Shown here in pieces: positions 22,054 through 34,760 of a DNA stretch of 64,000 nt. Origin of the DNA: Burkholderiales bacterium (GTDB lineage: Bacteria; Pseudomonadota; Gammaproteobacteria; Burkholderiales; JAHFRG01); assembly GCA_036522275.1 (NCBI GenBank), contig DATDGC010000057.1, forward strand, positions 7,561 through 71,560, in the 5' to 3' direction. Each line of letters begins with the position of its first letter. Within the stretch, counting starts at the first letter, position 1. Position numbers and translations under genes: made by a program. The notes beneath the pieces are model-generated. The model searched no databases, was not told where the DNA came from, and saw only the letters and a program-made list of their open reading frames with translations.

Positions 22054-22800
22054 ATGTGCATGAGACTAGCGAGCAAGGTTGCGATAATAACGGGTGCCGG
22101 ACGCGGCATCGGGCAGGCCACTGCCATAAAGTTTGCCAAGGAAGGTGCGAAGGTCATCGCCTGTGATTTGACACCGGAATGGCTGGACGAGACGGTGCAG
22201 AAAGTCAAGGCCGGAGGCGGCGAGGCCATGGGTTTTGTCGTTGATGTGCGCGACAAATCCAGTATCGAAAGCATGGTCAGTACGGTGGTGAAAAAATACG
22301 GTCGTATAGACTGCTTGGTGAACAACGCCGGCATTGTCATGGACAGCCAGCTTAAGAACATGACCGAAGAGCAATTCGACATGGTAATTGATATAAACCT
22401 CAAAGGTGTTTACAACTGTACCAGGGCGGTGGTGGACATCATGCTGCGGCAGAATTCAGGAGTGATCCTCAACGCGTCCTCTATCGTCGGACTATATGGC
22501 AATTTTGGCCAGACCAATTATGCGGCGAGCAAATTCGGCGTGATCGGGATGGTCAAGACCTGGGCCCGGGAATTGGGTAAAAGGGGTATCCGCACCAACG
22601 CAGTCTGTCCTGGGTTCATTGAAACCCCCATTTTGAGCTCGATGCCGGATCGAGTGCTGAGAGCCATCGAGGAGAGAGTGCCGCTGGGCCGCCTCGGCAG
22701 GCCGGAAGAAATTGCCAACACCTATGCCTTCCTCGCCTCCGACGAGGCGAGCTACATCAACGGCGCTGTTATCGAAGTGGGCGGAGGCCTCACGATTTAG
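22054..22800 (+). CDS. SDR family oxidoreductase (FabG-like)
   Basis: TGAGRGIG cofactor motif, NNAG, and the YAASK catalytic motif. 248 aa. Confidence 0.85.
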   Translation: MCMRLASKVAIITGAGRGIGQATAIKFAKEGAKVIACDLTPEWLDETVQKVKAGGGEAMGFVVDVRDKSSIESMVSTVVKKYGRIDCLVNNAGIVMDSQLKNMTEEQFDMVIDINLKGVYNCTRAVVDIMLRQNSGVILNASSIVGLYGNFGQTNYAASKFGVIGMVKTWARELGKRGIRTNAVCPGFIETPILSSMPDRVLRAIEERVPLGRLGRPEEIANTYAFLASDEASYINGAVIEVGGGLTI

Positions 22801-22941
22801 TAGACCGATGCAAAACTACTACGCTTGACACAACTTTGTTGCTCAAGGCTCAAAAATCCTCATTTACTTCCGTGTAAACTCCGGTTTTTTCGCCTCTCTC
22901 GCCGCGTTCTGCCTACGCTCGTAACGTTTTTCATCGGTCTG

Positions 22942-24024
22942 TTACTTTTGTCCCTCAAACAGTTTCTTCAGCTTGTCCCGGTTAGGGGAGAACACCACGC
23001 CTTTCTCTGTGATAAGCCCGCTCACCAATTCCGCAGGAGTTACGTCGAACGCCGGGTTGCGTACTTTTGCCCCTTTGGCCGCCCATTGTGTCTGGCGGAA
23101 TCCCGAAACCTCGGAAGATGAGCGCTCTTCGATGGGAATCTCGGCGCCACTGGCAACGCCGAGATCTATACTGGAAAGCGGACAGGCGACATAAAAAGGA
23201 ATATGGTGCCGCTGCGCCAGCACCGCCAGCATGTAAGTGCCGATCTTGTTAGCCACGTCCCCGTTCGACGCCACGCGGTCGGTGCCGACGATCACCACAT
23301 CAATTTCTCCGCGGCTCATCAAATGCCCCGCCATATTGTCGGTAATCAGCGTCACCGGAATGTTTTCTTGAACCAGTTCCCAGGCGGTAAGCCGCGCGCC
23401 TTGCAGAAAAGGGCGTGTTTCACCGGTAATTACGTTGACTCTTTTGCCTGCTTCCACCGCTGAACGGATGACTCCCAGCGCAGTGCCATGACCAGAGGTG
23501 GCAAGCGCCCCGGCGTTGCAATAGGTAAGAATTCTTGCGTTATCTTTAATGAGCGCCACGCCATACTTGCCAATAGCGCGGTTCACACGTAGGTCTTCAG
23601 CTTGAATAGCCTGTGCCTCACTTAAAAGTTTTTCTGCAATTACCGCATGACTCTGGTGCTTTACCGTGTTCCAGGCTTCTCGCATGCGCTGCAACGCCCA
23701 GAATAGATTCACCGCAGTAGGCCGGCTACGCGCAAGATCGGTAAAGCCTTTTTCCAGAGCCGATTCAAAATCTTTTTCCGATAGGTGCTCCAAGCGCCGC
23801 GCTTCCAATGCGATGCCATAGGCTGCGGCGCAACCAATTGCAGGCGCGCCTCTCACCACCATGTCGCGTATGCCGTCGGCGACAGCTGCTGCAGAATCAA
23901 AGCTCACATATTCAAACCGCTCGGGAAGAATGCGCTGGTCTATCATTTCCAGCTTGTTGTCCCGCCAGCGCAGGGTTTCGACTTTGCTATTAGCTTGGGT
24001 CATTGATTCAAATGACCCGCTCAT
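22942..24024 (-). CDS. mtnA: S-methyl-5-thioribose-1-phosphate isomerase (MtnA/DrdI family)
   Basis: 360 aa. LRWRDNKLEMIDQRILP and VRGAPAIGCAAAYG motifs of the eIF-2B-related MtnA family. Confidence 0.85.
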   Translation of the reverse strand: MSGSFESMTQANSKVETLRWRDNKLEMIDQRILPERFEYVSFDSAAAVADGIRDMVVRGAPAIGCAAAYGIALEARRLEHLSEKDFESALEKGFTDLARSRPTAVNLFWALQRMREAWNTVKHQSHAVIAEKLLSEAQAIQAEDLRVNRAIGKYGVALIKDNARILTYCNAGALATSGHGTALGVIRSAVEAGKRVNVITGETRPFLQGARLTAWELVQENIPVTLITDNMAGHLMSRGEIDVVIVGTDRVASNGDVANKIGTYMLAVLAQRHHIPFYVACPLSSIDLGVASGAEIPIEERSSSEVSGFRQTQWAAKGAKVRNPAFDVTPAELVSGLITEKGVVFSPNRDKLKKLFEGQK

Positions 24025-25981
24025 TGCCGCCGTCTACCGGCACCTGCGCAGCAGTGGTTTTGGCAAACAGCGGGCCACACATTTCGGCGGCAAGTTCAGC
24101 AACATCGTGGCTCGTGACTTCGGTCCTCAGCACATTATTTATCTTGTATTGCTTGACGCTGAGGCCGTATTGCGCGGCGCGCGCGGCGAGTACTTGTTCG
24201 CTCCATATGGCGGTATCGAACACCGCGTTGGGGTGAATAATATTGATACGTATGCTATCTGCACCCCATTCCAATGCTGCCACCCTGGCGAGTTGAATGA
24301 GCGCTGCTTTGGAAGCGGAGTAGGCAGCAGCCCCTGGCCCCGGCGCGGGGACATTCTTCGAGCCGATGATCACCACGCGGCCGCCTTTAAGGGAGAGTTT
24401 CAGCAAAGGATGGCATTCGCGCAGCATCAACAGATTGGCATCGAGGTTAATATTCATCACCTTGCGCCATTCCTCTCCGTGCAATGCTTCGATGCGGCGG
24501 CTTGCCGGGAAAATTCCGGCATTGAGTACCAGCATGTCGAGACCGCCGAAGGCCTTGACCCCGGATTCAAGCGCGTTTGCCACAGCTTTTTCGCTTGTTA
24601 TATCGCAACGCACGCCCAAAAAATCGCTGCGTTTGTGCATCTGTTCAATAGCCGGATTCAAATCGAGTCCGATGACTGCCGCGCCGCGCACAAGAAGGGA
24701 ATCCACGCATGCCTTGCCTATGCCTGAGGCTGCGCCGGTGACCAAAGCGATTTCGCCGGTGAACACCGGCGGCTTGCCGCTTTTCTTGAGTTTGGCCTGC
24801 TCGAGGTCCCAGTATTCGACTTCGAACAATTCTTTTGCGGGAAGCGCGCGATAACCTCCCAAAGCCATGGCGCGCAAAATGATTTCGATGGTATGCAAAT
24901 AAATTTCTGCGACAATGGCCGCATCTTTAGCGGTTTGCCCCACTGTGCACAGGCCAAGCTCCGCATCGAGAATTACCCGCGGCGCGGGATCCAGCATGGT
25001 TTTCTTGTCCTTGGCCGCACGCACGTATTGGTGGAAATATTCCCGGTACAGCCTGGCATATGACTCAACATTCCTTCCCAGCATCGGCAGCCGTTTGGTG
25101 CGGATAACATGATCGGGTGTAGCCGGGCCTTGCTGTGAAATTTTCGCAACATTCTTGCGCCGTGCGAATGCCAAGGTTTGGTTATTGGTGCAGGTGCTGA
25201 GAATGGCGGGGAAACCCGCAACCTTTGAAATCTCCTTGCGCAACGAGGTAAGTTCCATTCTCAACGGTTTTTTGGGAATGCCGCTGGTCCGAGAAATGAT
25301 TTTCCAGGCGCCTTTCCTGGCCAGGTATCTTTCGGCGCGCGCTACCAGGGAAATCATGCGTTCATAGGATTCTCTGGCGGTAGCGCCGAAAGAAAAAATG
25401 CCGTGGTTCATGAGCACCATGCCTATGGTGCCGCGTTTTGTTTCTTTGGCAAATTGCCTAACACACACCCGCGCCAGGTCGAAGCCCGGCATCACATAAG
25501 GAATTATCACCACGCTCTCGCCATAGATTTCCCTGATGTGTTCCTTGCCATTTGCCGTGTTGGTGACGGCGATCACCGCATCAGCGTGGGTGTGGTCTAC
25601 GTACTTGTAGGGAAGAATCGCGTGCAGAATGGTCTCGATCGAAGGCGCAGGAGCTGAAGCGCGCGTCATATGTGTTTTCAGTTCATTCACCATTTGCGGA
25701 TCGGAGAGTGCATCAAGCTCGGCAAGACGCAGCAAGTGGGGCAGGCGTACCGGAGAAAAACCGGCAGCTTCTATGGTTTCTAAATCCCAGCCGCTGCCTT
25801 TGACGTAAAGGATGTCTTCCTCTTTTCCAAGGATATTGCGTTCCCTGATCTTGACCGAGGTATTGCCGCCGCCGTGCAGCACCAGAGATTTGTCCCGACC
25901 CAGCAGGCGCGAAGTGTAAACGCGCAAACCCAGGTCGCCTTTGAACCCTGCCGCTTCCCTGTCGTTCCATAAGCTTTTCAT
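24008..25981 (-). CDS. bifunctional class II aldolase / short-chain dehydrogenase
   Basis: 657 aa. N-terminal class II aldolase/adducin-like domain (HGGGNTS, HTHAD) and C-terminal SDR (TGAASGIG, YSASKAA). The stop overlaps the mtnA start by 17 nt. Confidence 0.8.
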   Translation of the reverse strand: MKSLWNDREAAGFKGDLGLRVYTSRLLGRDKSLVLHGGGNTSVKIRERNILGKEEDILYVKGSGWDLETIEAAGFSPVRLPHLLRLAELDALSDPQMVNELKTHMTRASAPAPSIETILHAILPYKYVDHTHADAVIAVTNTANGKEHIREIYGESVVIIPYVMPGFDLARVCVRQFAKETKRGTIGMVLMNHGIFSFGATARESYERMISLVARAERYLARKGAWKIISRTSGIPKKPLRMELTSLRKEISKVAGFPAILSTCTNNQTLAFARRKNVAKISQQGPATPDHVIRTKRLPMLGRNVESYARLYREYFHQYVRAAKDKKTMLDPAPRVILDAELGLCTVGQTAKDAAIVAEIYLHTIEIILRAMALGGYRALPAKELFEVEYWDLEQAKLKKSGKPPVFTGEIALVTGAASGIGKACVDSLLVRGAAVIGLDLNPAIEQMHKRSDFLGVRCDITSEKAVANALESGVKAFGGLDMLVLNAGIFPASRRIEALHGEEWRKVMNINLDANLLMLRECHPLLKLSLKGGRVVIIGSKNVPAPGPGAAAYSASKAALIQLARVAALEWGADSIRINIIHPNAVFDTAIWSEQVLAARAAQYGLSVKQYKINNVLRTEVTSHDVAELAAEMCGPLFAKTTAAQVPVDGGNERVI

Positions 25982-26094
25982 GGTTTAATCTCTTGGTTGA
26001 TGGCGCATTATATATTTGTCTGTGAGGAGAATTCACCAAACATACATAAAAGTTACCACTTATGGACGCGGGTATTGCTCATGTAAAAATGACG

Positions 26095-26877
26095 CTACGC
26101 CTGTGAACCTATGGGTTGAATCACAAACTCATGGCTTACAGTACCAGCCTCGACACCTCGCTCAAACGTGCGCTCGCTGAACTTTATTCGCTGGTCTGTG
26201 CCGATGAAGAGCAGGGTGGATGAGCGCGTACCATAATTCGGGGAAATGATGAATGCGGGGGAGAGCATCCGCTCCCATTCCAACCCTACCTCTGTATCCG
26301 GCAATTCAGCATCAGCCGGAATATGGCGCTCCGCGAGCACAGCAAACAGCGCTTCTGAATCGGGCGGTTGGCCGGTAGCGAAAAGCGCGGCTAACTCGGA
26401 CTTGCCGCGCTCCACCTTGGGCCAAGGCGTATTCAGCAAGTGGTTGCTCAAGCCGTAGAATCCCGGCGCAAGTCGTTTCAGTTCGCAGCTATGGTTTGAG
26501 TAGTAGTAAATTTCGCCTGCATCTCCAATCAGCAAATTGAATCCGTCGTAGTCGTCCGCACGTAGCACAAGCTGGCGCAAATAATCTTCGGCCGTTTCAT
26601 TTCCCTGCAGGAAATCGCTGACCAGCCTGCCGCGTGAAGGGGCGTTTTTCTTCTGTGCAAAACCTTTCCTGAAATTGGTCACCGCCGCAAAGCGCCCGTC
26701 CCGTGTCACGCCCAGCCAGGTGCCCCCCATGCGCAAATCGCGCCCGCCAAGCACCGAAGAAGTGTCCTTCCAGAACCCCGCCGCAGCAGTGGGGCGGTCG
26801 TAAAATTCGTCACGGTTCGCCAGAAACAGCAGCGGGTAACGAGAGATTACTTTATGCGCGAACAGTGCCAGGCACAT
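26095..26877 (-). CDS. NRDE family (TANGO2-like) protein
   Basis: Starts MCLALFA. Contains the LANRDEFYDRP signature. 260 aa. Confidence 0.8.
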   Translation of the reverse strand: MCLALFAHKVISRYPLLFLANRDEFYDRPTAAAGFWKDTSSVLGGRDLRMGGTWLGVTRDGRFAAVTNFRKGFAQKKNAPSRGRLVSDFLQGNETAEDYLRQLVLRADDYDGFNLLIGDAGEIYYYSNHSCELKRLAPGFYGLSNHLLNTPWPKVERGKSELAALFATGQPPDSEALFAVLAERHIPADAELPDTEVGLEWERMLSPAFIISPNYGTRSSTLLFIGTDQRIKFSERTFERGVEAGTVSHEFVIQPIGSQA

Positions 26878-26879
26878 TC

Positions 26880-27154
26880 AGAGCCTCAAACATAATGAAA
26901 CGAATAGTGCGACGGCGTCGGTTTCGGATGCAGGCTGCGAAGCGAGCCGTGCAGTTGGGCCATTCTTCCAATAAGCGGCGAGCGACAAAAGCATGCGCCG
27001 AAATCCGCCGCCGTCCCCAAGGGTTGCGGCCAAAAAGCGCGCCTGCTTTGTTGCTCGGCTTACTCGATGTCCCGGCATCGAGTTGCGCCTCGCGTCGCGC
27101 ATCCACCGCTTTTTGGCCAGCAACGCAAATCCGTTTCATTATGTTTGAGGCTCT
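26880..27154. mobile_element. MITE-like 275-bp element with perfect 23-bp terminal inverted repeats
   Basis: AGAGCCTCAAACATAATGAAACG (26880-26902) is the exact reverse complement of 27132-27154. No credible ORF inside. No target-site duplication seen. Confidence 0.6.
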
Positions 27155-27432
27155 ACGTTGAAACACTCGGTATGCCGCTGCGAGCCAGGCTCAAGTAATT
27201 GGCGTATGTGGTATTCTTCGACAACATGCATCAAGGCATCCTCGAAGCTCTCCGCGTCGGCAACATTTTCGTACACTTCCATCCACAACAGCGGCTCATC
27301 CCGTTTTTCCAGCAGGCGTCCCGCTACCCCGGTCTGATTGTGCAAAGCCGCTTGCATTTCGTGGATGCGCGCTTTCAGTACGGCTGCGTTGGCAGGCTCC
27401 ACCCGGTAATAAATGTAGAAATTAACCTGCAT
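27139..27432 (-). CDS. DUF4936 family protein
   Basis: MQVNFYIYYRV N-terminus (internal ATG of ORF 27139..27459). ATGA overlap with the ygfZ stop. The last four codons and the stop lie inside the MITE repeat. Confidence 0.65.
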   Translation of the reverse strand: MQVNFYIYYRVEPANAAVLKARIHEMQAALHNQTGVAGRLLEKRDEPLLWMEVYENVADAESFEDALMHVVEEYHIRQLLEPGSQRHTECFNVEPQT

Positions 27433-28460
27433 CACACGGTGTAAGGAAGAGGCAGCCATTTCAGAACAGGGCCGCCCGGCGATTTCCAGTGAACATCATC
27501 AGCATGGGCGCTGGTAATTTGAATCACTGCCAGCACATCATACCCGCCCTCGGGCGAAGCAGCGGCATTGACGATCATGCCGCTTGCCTGGCCTTGTGCA
27601 TCTCCGCTGAAAAGTTCCTCTCCAGGCTTCGGGGAGGTTTCGCTGCGGATATTGGCGGGATACATGCGCCGTTTGAGCATCCCCAGGTGCTGAGTGCGCG
27701 CGATGATTTCCTGCCCGGGATAACAACCTTTGTTGAAGTTGACTGCGCCAATGATTTCCATATTCAGCATTTGCGGCACGAATTGCTCTTGGGTCGCCGG
27801 TGCGATAACCGGGATGCCGTTACGAATGTTGAGCCAGTCCCAGCACTGATATCCCGCCGCTGTGGCGCTGCGGCTTAGCTTTTCCCATAACGCCGGCGCT
27901 TGCTCAGAAGCGGTGATGATTTGAAAGCGGTCAGGTGATAAGCGGATCAGCGTCACTGATTCGTCATGTGCTGCTCCAAGCACCGGCTGCGGAATGGTGC
28001 CAAAGCATTTTTTCGCCAGCGTTTCGGCGTTGTTTCCGGCGAGGCCCAGGGGTATGTAGGTGCTGCTTGCATCGCTTATTTTTACTTTGGAGCGCAACAC
28101 AAATTTTGCGAGCCGGCTTTGAATGCTCTCGCGCAAACCGCCATGAAGCTGGGCGAAATAGCCTTCGGCTGATTGCCATAGCAGGAAACTCGCGAGCATG
28201 CGCCCTTTGGGAGTGCAGTAACTGCTGTATTGAGCTGTTGCCGCGGTGAGTTTTTGGACGTCGCTGGAAAGCTGGTTATGCAGAAAAGCCCGGCTGTCTT
28301 CCCCGGAAAAATACAGCAGACTGAAATGCGAGAGGTCGCAGAGTATAGTGCCCGTTTGTGCGGCGTGAAGTTCCGCCCGCGGATCGCCAAAATGGCTGAC
28401 CGCGTGGTTTTCAATTCTCGCGCCTGCGTTTTGTAAATGCTGTTGCCAGTCTGCGTGCAT
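27432..28460 (-). CDS. ygfZ: folate-binding tRNA-modification protein YgfZ (CAF17 family)
   Basis: GcvT-like fold with the KGCYPGQE signature. The start is uncertain (ATG 28460 or TTG 28502). Confidence 0.8.
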   Translation of the reverse strand: MHADWQQHLQNAGARIENHAVSHFGDPRAELHAAQTGTILCDLSHFSLLYFSGEDSRAFLHNQLSSDVQKLTAATAQYSSYCTPKGRMLASFLLWQSAEGYFAQLHGGLRESIQSRLAKFVLRSKVKISDASSTYIPLGLAGNNAETLAKKCFGTIPQPVLGAAHDESVTLIRLSPDRFQIITASEQAPALWEKLSRSATAAGYQCWDWLNIRNGIPVIAPATQEQFVPQMLNMEIIGAVNFNKGCYPGQEIIARTQHLGMLKRRMYPANIRSETSPKPGEELFSGDAQGQASGMIVNAAASPEGGYDVLAVIQITSAHADDVHWKSPGGPVLKWLPLPYTV

Positions 28461-28580
28461 GAGAAGGAGGGGAATCCAAGCCAGAGCACACCATTCTAAC
28501 AAAGCCCATGCGACTTGGCTTTCAGGACAGGCATGATTAATTGTTACCTATGGCTTTTTGCGCTATCATATTGCACATAA

Positions 28581-32409
<3,829 letters not shown>

Positions 32410-32697
32410 ATGAAGCTCGTTACCCTGGTTCTGATTGCCCTCATCACCGCGTTGCAATACCCGTTGTGGCTGGGCAAAGGCAGTTGGTCGAGAGTTTGGG
32501 AAGTGGATCGGCAGTTGCACGAGCAAACCCAGGCCAACCAGAAACTGCAGGCGAGGAACGCTGGGCTGGATGCCGAAGTGCGCAACCTCAAGCAGGGCCT
32601 GGAGGCGATTGAGGAGCGTGCTCGCTCGGAACTCGGCATGATCAAGCAGGACGAAATCTTTTTCCAGATCCTGGAAGACAAACAAAAAGCCAATTGA
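32410..32697 (+). CDS. ftsB: cell division protein FtsB
   Basis: 95 aa. N-terminal TM helix plus coiled coil, then [12 protein letters not shown]. Follows eno. Confidence 0.85.
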   Translation: MKLVTLVLIALITALQYPLWLGKGSWSRVWEVDRQLHEQTQANQKLQARNAGLDAEVRNLKQGLEAIEERARSELGMIKQDEIFFQILEDKQKAN

Positions 32698-32708
32698 AGC
32701 GTATCAGC

Positions 32709-32740
32709 GTGCCACGCGCCACAGCCGTGGCGGGGTTTTG
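32709..32740 (+). terminator. candidate terminator after ftsB
   Basis: GCCACG-cgccacagc-CGTGGC followed by GGGGTTTTG. Confidence 0.4.
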
Positions 32741-32972
32741 CTGATGCCCACGCCAAGCAGTTTCCCCATCATGTTCCTCCCGGCACTTGCTGGGCAAGTC
32801 AAACTGGCAGTTTAATCACGGCACTAAGTAACTAATTATTCGACAATACCTCTCGCGCAAAATTCAGCCAAGGGTTACAATGGCCCAAGACGTGGTGAAA
32901 CGCGTTATGAAAGATTGAGGAATAGTTGAGAAATTTGCAGGTTTTTTTGGATAAACCGTTGATCAGGAACCA

Positions 32973-33548
32973 ATGAGCACACCGTTGGTGCTGTCACTCG
33001 ATGTCGCTGGCCTTCCGCGCCGCTGGATAAACACGGAAGAGGCGGTGCTTTACTACGCGCGTAACCTAGTCACCTGGTCGCTGGGAAACCCGGTATGCGT
33101 GTACCGGGGAGGCATTTCCAGGCTGACCGGCAGGCGTTCGGAAATTGCGCCCAAGCCTATTATCGCAGTACGAGGCAAAGTACATACCGCGCATTTCGAG
33201 ACCGAGCCGTGGCTCAACCGCGATACACTGTTCCGGCGCGACCGGCATATTTGCGCGTTTTGCGGCGGACAGTACCACGCGCACGATCTCACCAAAGACC
33301 ATGTAACACCGACTTCAAGAGGCGGCAGTGACCGCTGGACCAATGTAGTGACGGCCTGCCGTACCTGCAACGAACTCAAGTCCAACCGCACGCCGGAAGA
33401 GGCGGGGATGAAACTCCTCTACGTGCCTTACGCTCCAAACCGCTATGAGGGCATGATACTGGCAAACCGCCATATTCTTGCCGACCAGATGGATTATCTC
33501 CTCGCGCACGTTCCCAAAAACAGCAGGCTGTGGTCGGGCAGGGCATAG
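32973..33548 (+). CDS. HNH endonuclease
   Basis: 191 aa. HNH zinc-finger region CAFCGG ... DHVTPTSRGG ... NVVTACRTCNELK. I do not recognise the N-terminal ~100 aa. Confidence 0.75.
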   Translation: MSTPLVLSLDVAGLPRRWINTEEAVLYYARNLVTWSLGNPVCVYRGGISRLTGRRSEIAPKPIIAVRGKVHTAHFETEPWLNRDTLFRRDRHICAFCGGQYHAHDLTKDHVTPTSRGGSDRWTNVVTACRTCNELKSNRTPEEAGMKLLYVPYAPNRYEGMILANRHILADQMDYLLAHVPKNSRLWSGRA

Positions 33549-33723
33549 CCCGTATTCACGGCGCTTGGTGCATGATGCAGCAAGCGCAGCACTTCGGGAT
33601 GTGGACGGAATGCGTTCCGGTTAACCTGGGCGATGCACCAGTTCGATAACTTCATCGAACTAATCCTGGAGTAAGGCTTGCGCGTTTAATCAGTATTTTC
33701 CTCAACCTGAAATGGGCAATTAA

Positions 33724-34164
33724 ATGAGATCAATAAGCGCAGCAGTGATTTTTCTTGCAGCGGCCGGTCTCGTCTTGTCGGTATGCCAACTATCGAGTGA
33801 GAAAGCCAATGCCCAAGAGGTCTCGGCGCAAAAAAAAGAAGAGCCGGTTTACACGGTGCAGGACGGCGACAAAGTGGATGCGAAAACACTCGAAGGTTGG
33901 CGCACATGGCGCACGATGGCCTGCGATCGCTGTCATGGGGCAAAACAGGAAGGCATGACGGGCCCCGGGCTGGTTGATAGCCTGAAACACATGACCAAGG
34001 AAGAATTCAAGAAAGCCACGCTCGAAGGCAGACCGGAGAAAGGCATGCCCAATTACAATACCACCAAACTGGTCGTAGACAACATTGATAATCTTTATGC
34101 CTACCTCAAGGGCCGAGCAGATGATAAGATCCAGCCAGGACGTCTGCAACCGATTACACAATAA
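33724..34164 (+). CDS. secreted c-type cytochrome
   Basis: Signal peptide. Single heme motif CDRCH. 146 aa. Confidence 0.75.
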   Translation: MRSISAAVIFLAAAGLVLSVCQLSSEKANAQEVSAQKKEEPVYTVQDGDKVDAKTLEGWRTWRTMACDRCHGAKQEGMTGPGLVDSLKHMTKEEFKKATLEGRPEKGMPNYNTTKLVVDNIDNLYAYLKGRADDKIQPGRLQPITQ

Positions 34165-34288
34165 TCCCGCGCCCCGCGAATTATTTATCTTCAAAGTTCG
34201 CACCGGATAACTTGGTGACGAATCGGCAAAACTTTAGCTGTGTTGTGATGTCGAATTTAATTATCTTAAATGTATTGAGAGAAAAAGC

Positions 34289-34705
34289 ATGCTGCGATTG
34301 CTCCCGCGCTTCATCCTCTCCTTTGCAGTTTCTTTTGTAGCGGTTTTTGCCGGGGCACAGGACAAGACAGAGGCGTATACCGCCACCGTGGGTAAGGATG
34401 GCGTGCAACATATCAGCATCATCGGCGGCAGTTATTTTTTCAAGCCCAGCCGAATCGTGGTGAAGAAAGGTATACCGGTGGAACTGTCGGTGAGCAAGGA
34501 GCCGGGCATGGCGCCGCACAGCATAGTGGCCAACGCACCGGAGGCTGGAATTATTTTCGATGAATCATTGAGCAGCGATCCCAAAATCATCACATTCACA
34601 CCGAAAGCAACCGGTGAATATGTTTTTTATTGCAGGAACAAGCTGCCGTTCTTTCCCAGCCACCGCGAAAAAGGCATGCGGGGAATATTTGAGGTGGTGG
34701 AATAG
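34289..34705 (+). CDS. cupredoxin domain protein (type 1 copper-like)
   Basis: Signal peptide. Candidate Cu ligands: H in APHS, C in FYC, H in PSH, M in GMRG. 138 aa. Confidence 0.65.
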   Translation: MLRLLPRFILSFAVSFVAVFAGAQDKTEAYTATVGKDGVQHISIIGGSYFFKPSRIVVKKGIPVELSVSKEPGMAPHSIVANAPEAGIIFDESLSSDPKIITFTPKATGEYVFYCRNKLPFFPSHREKGMRGIFEVVE

Positions 34706-34760
34706 TATATATTCCATAGAATACTCATGAAGCCGCTTGCATTCATTTTCGGGTTAATCC

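Noticed and set aside
26703-27166. Overlapping 104-152-aa ORFs crossing the MITE-like element on both strands
   Set aside because: Both contain FIMFEAL only because they read through the inverted repeats. They have no RBS, an Arg-rich composition, and they overlap real gene ends.
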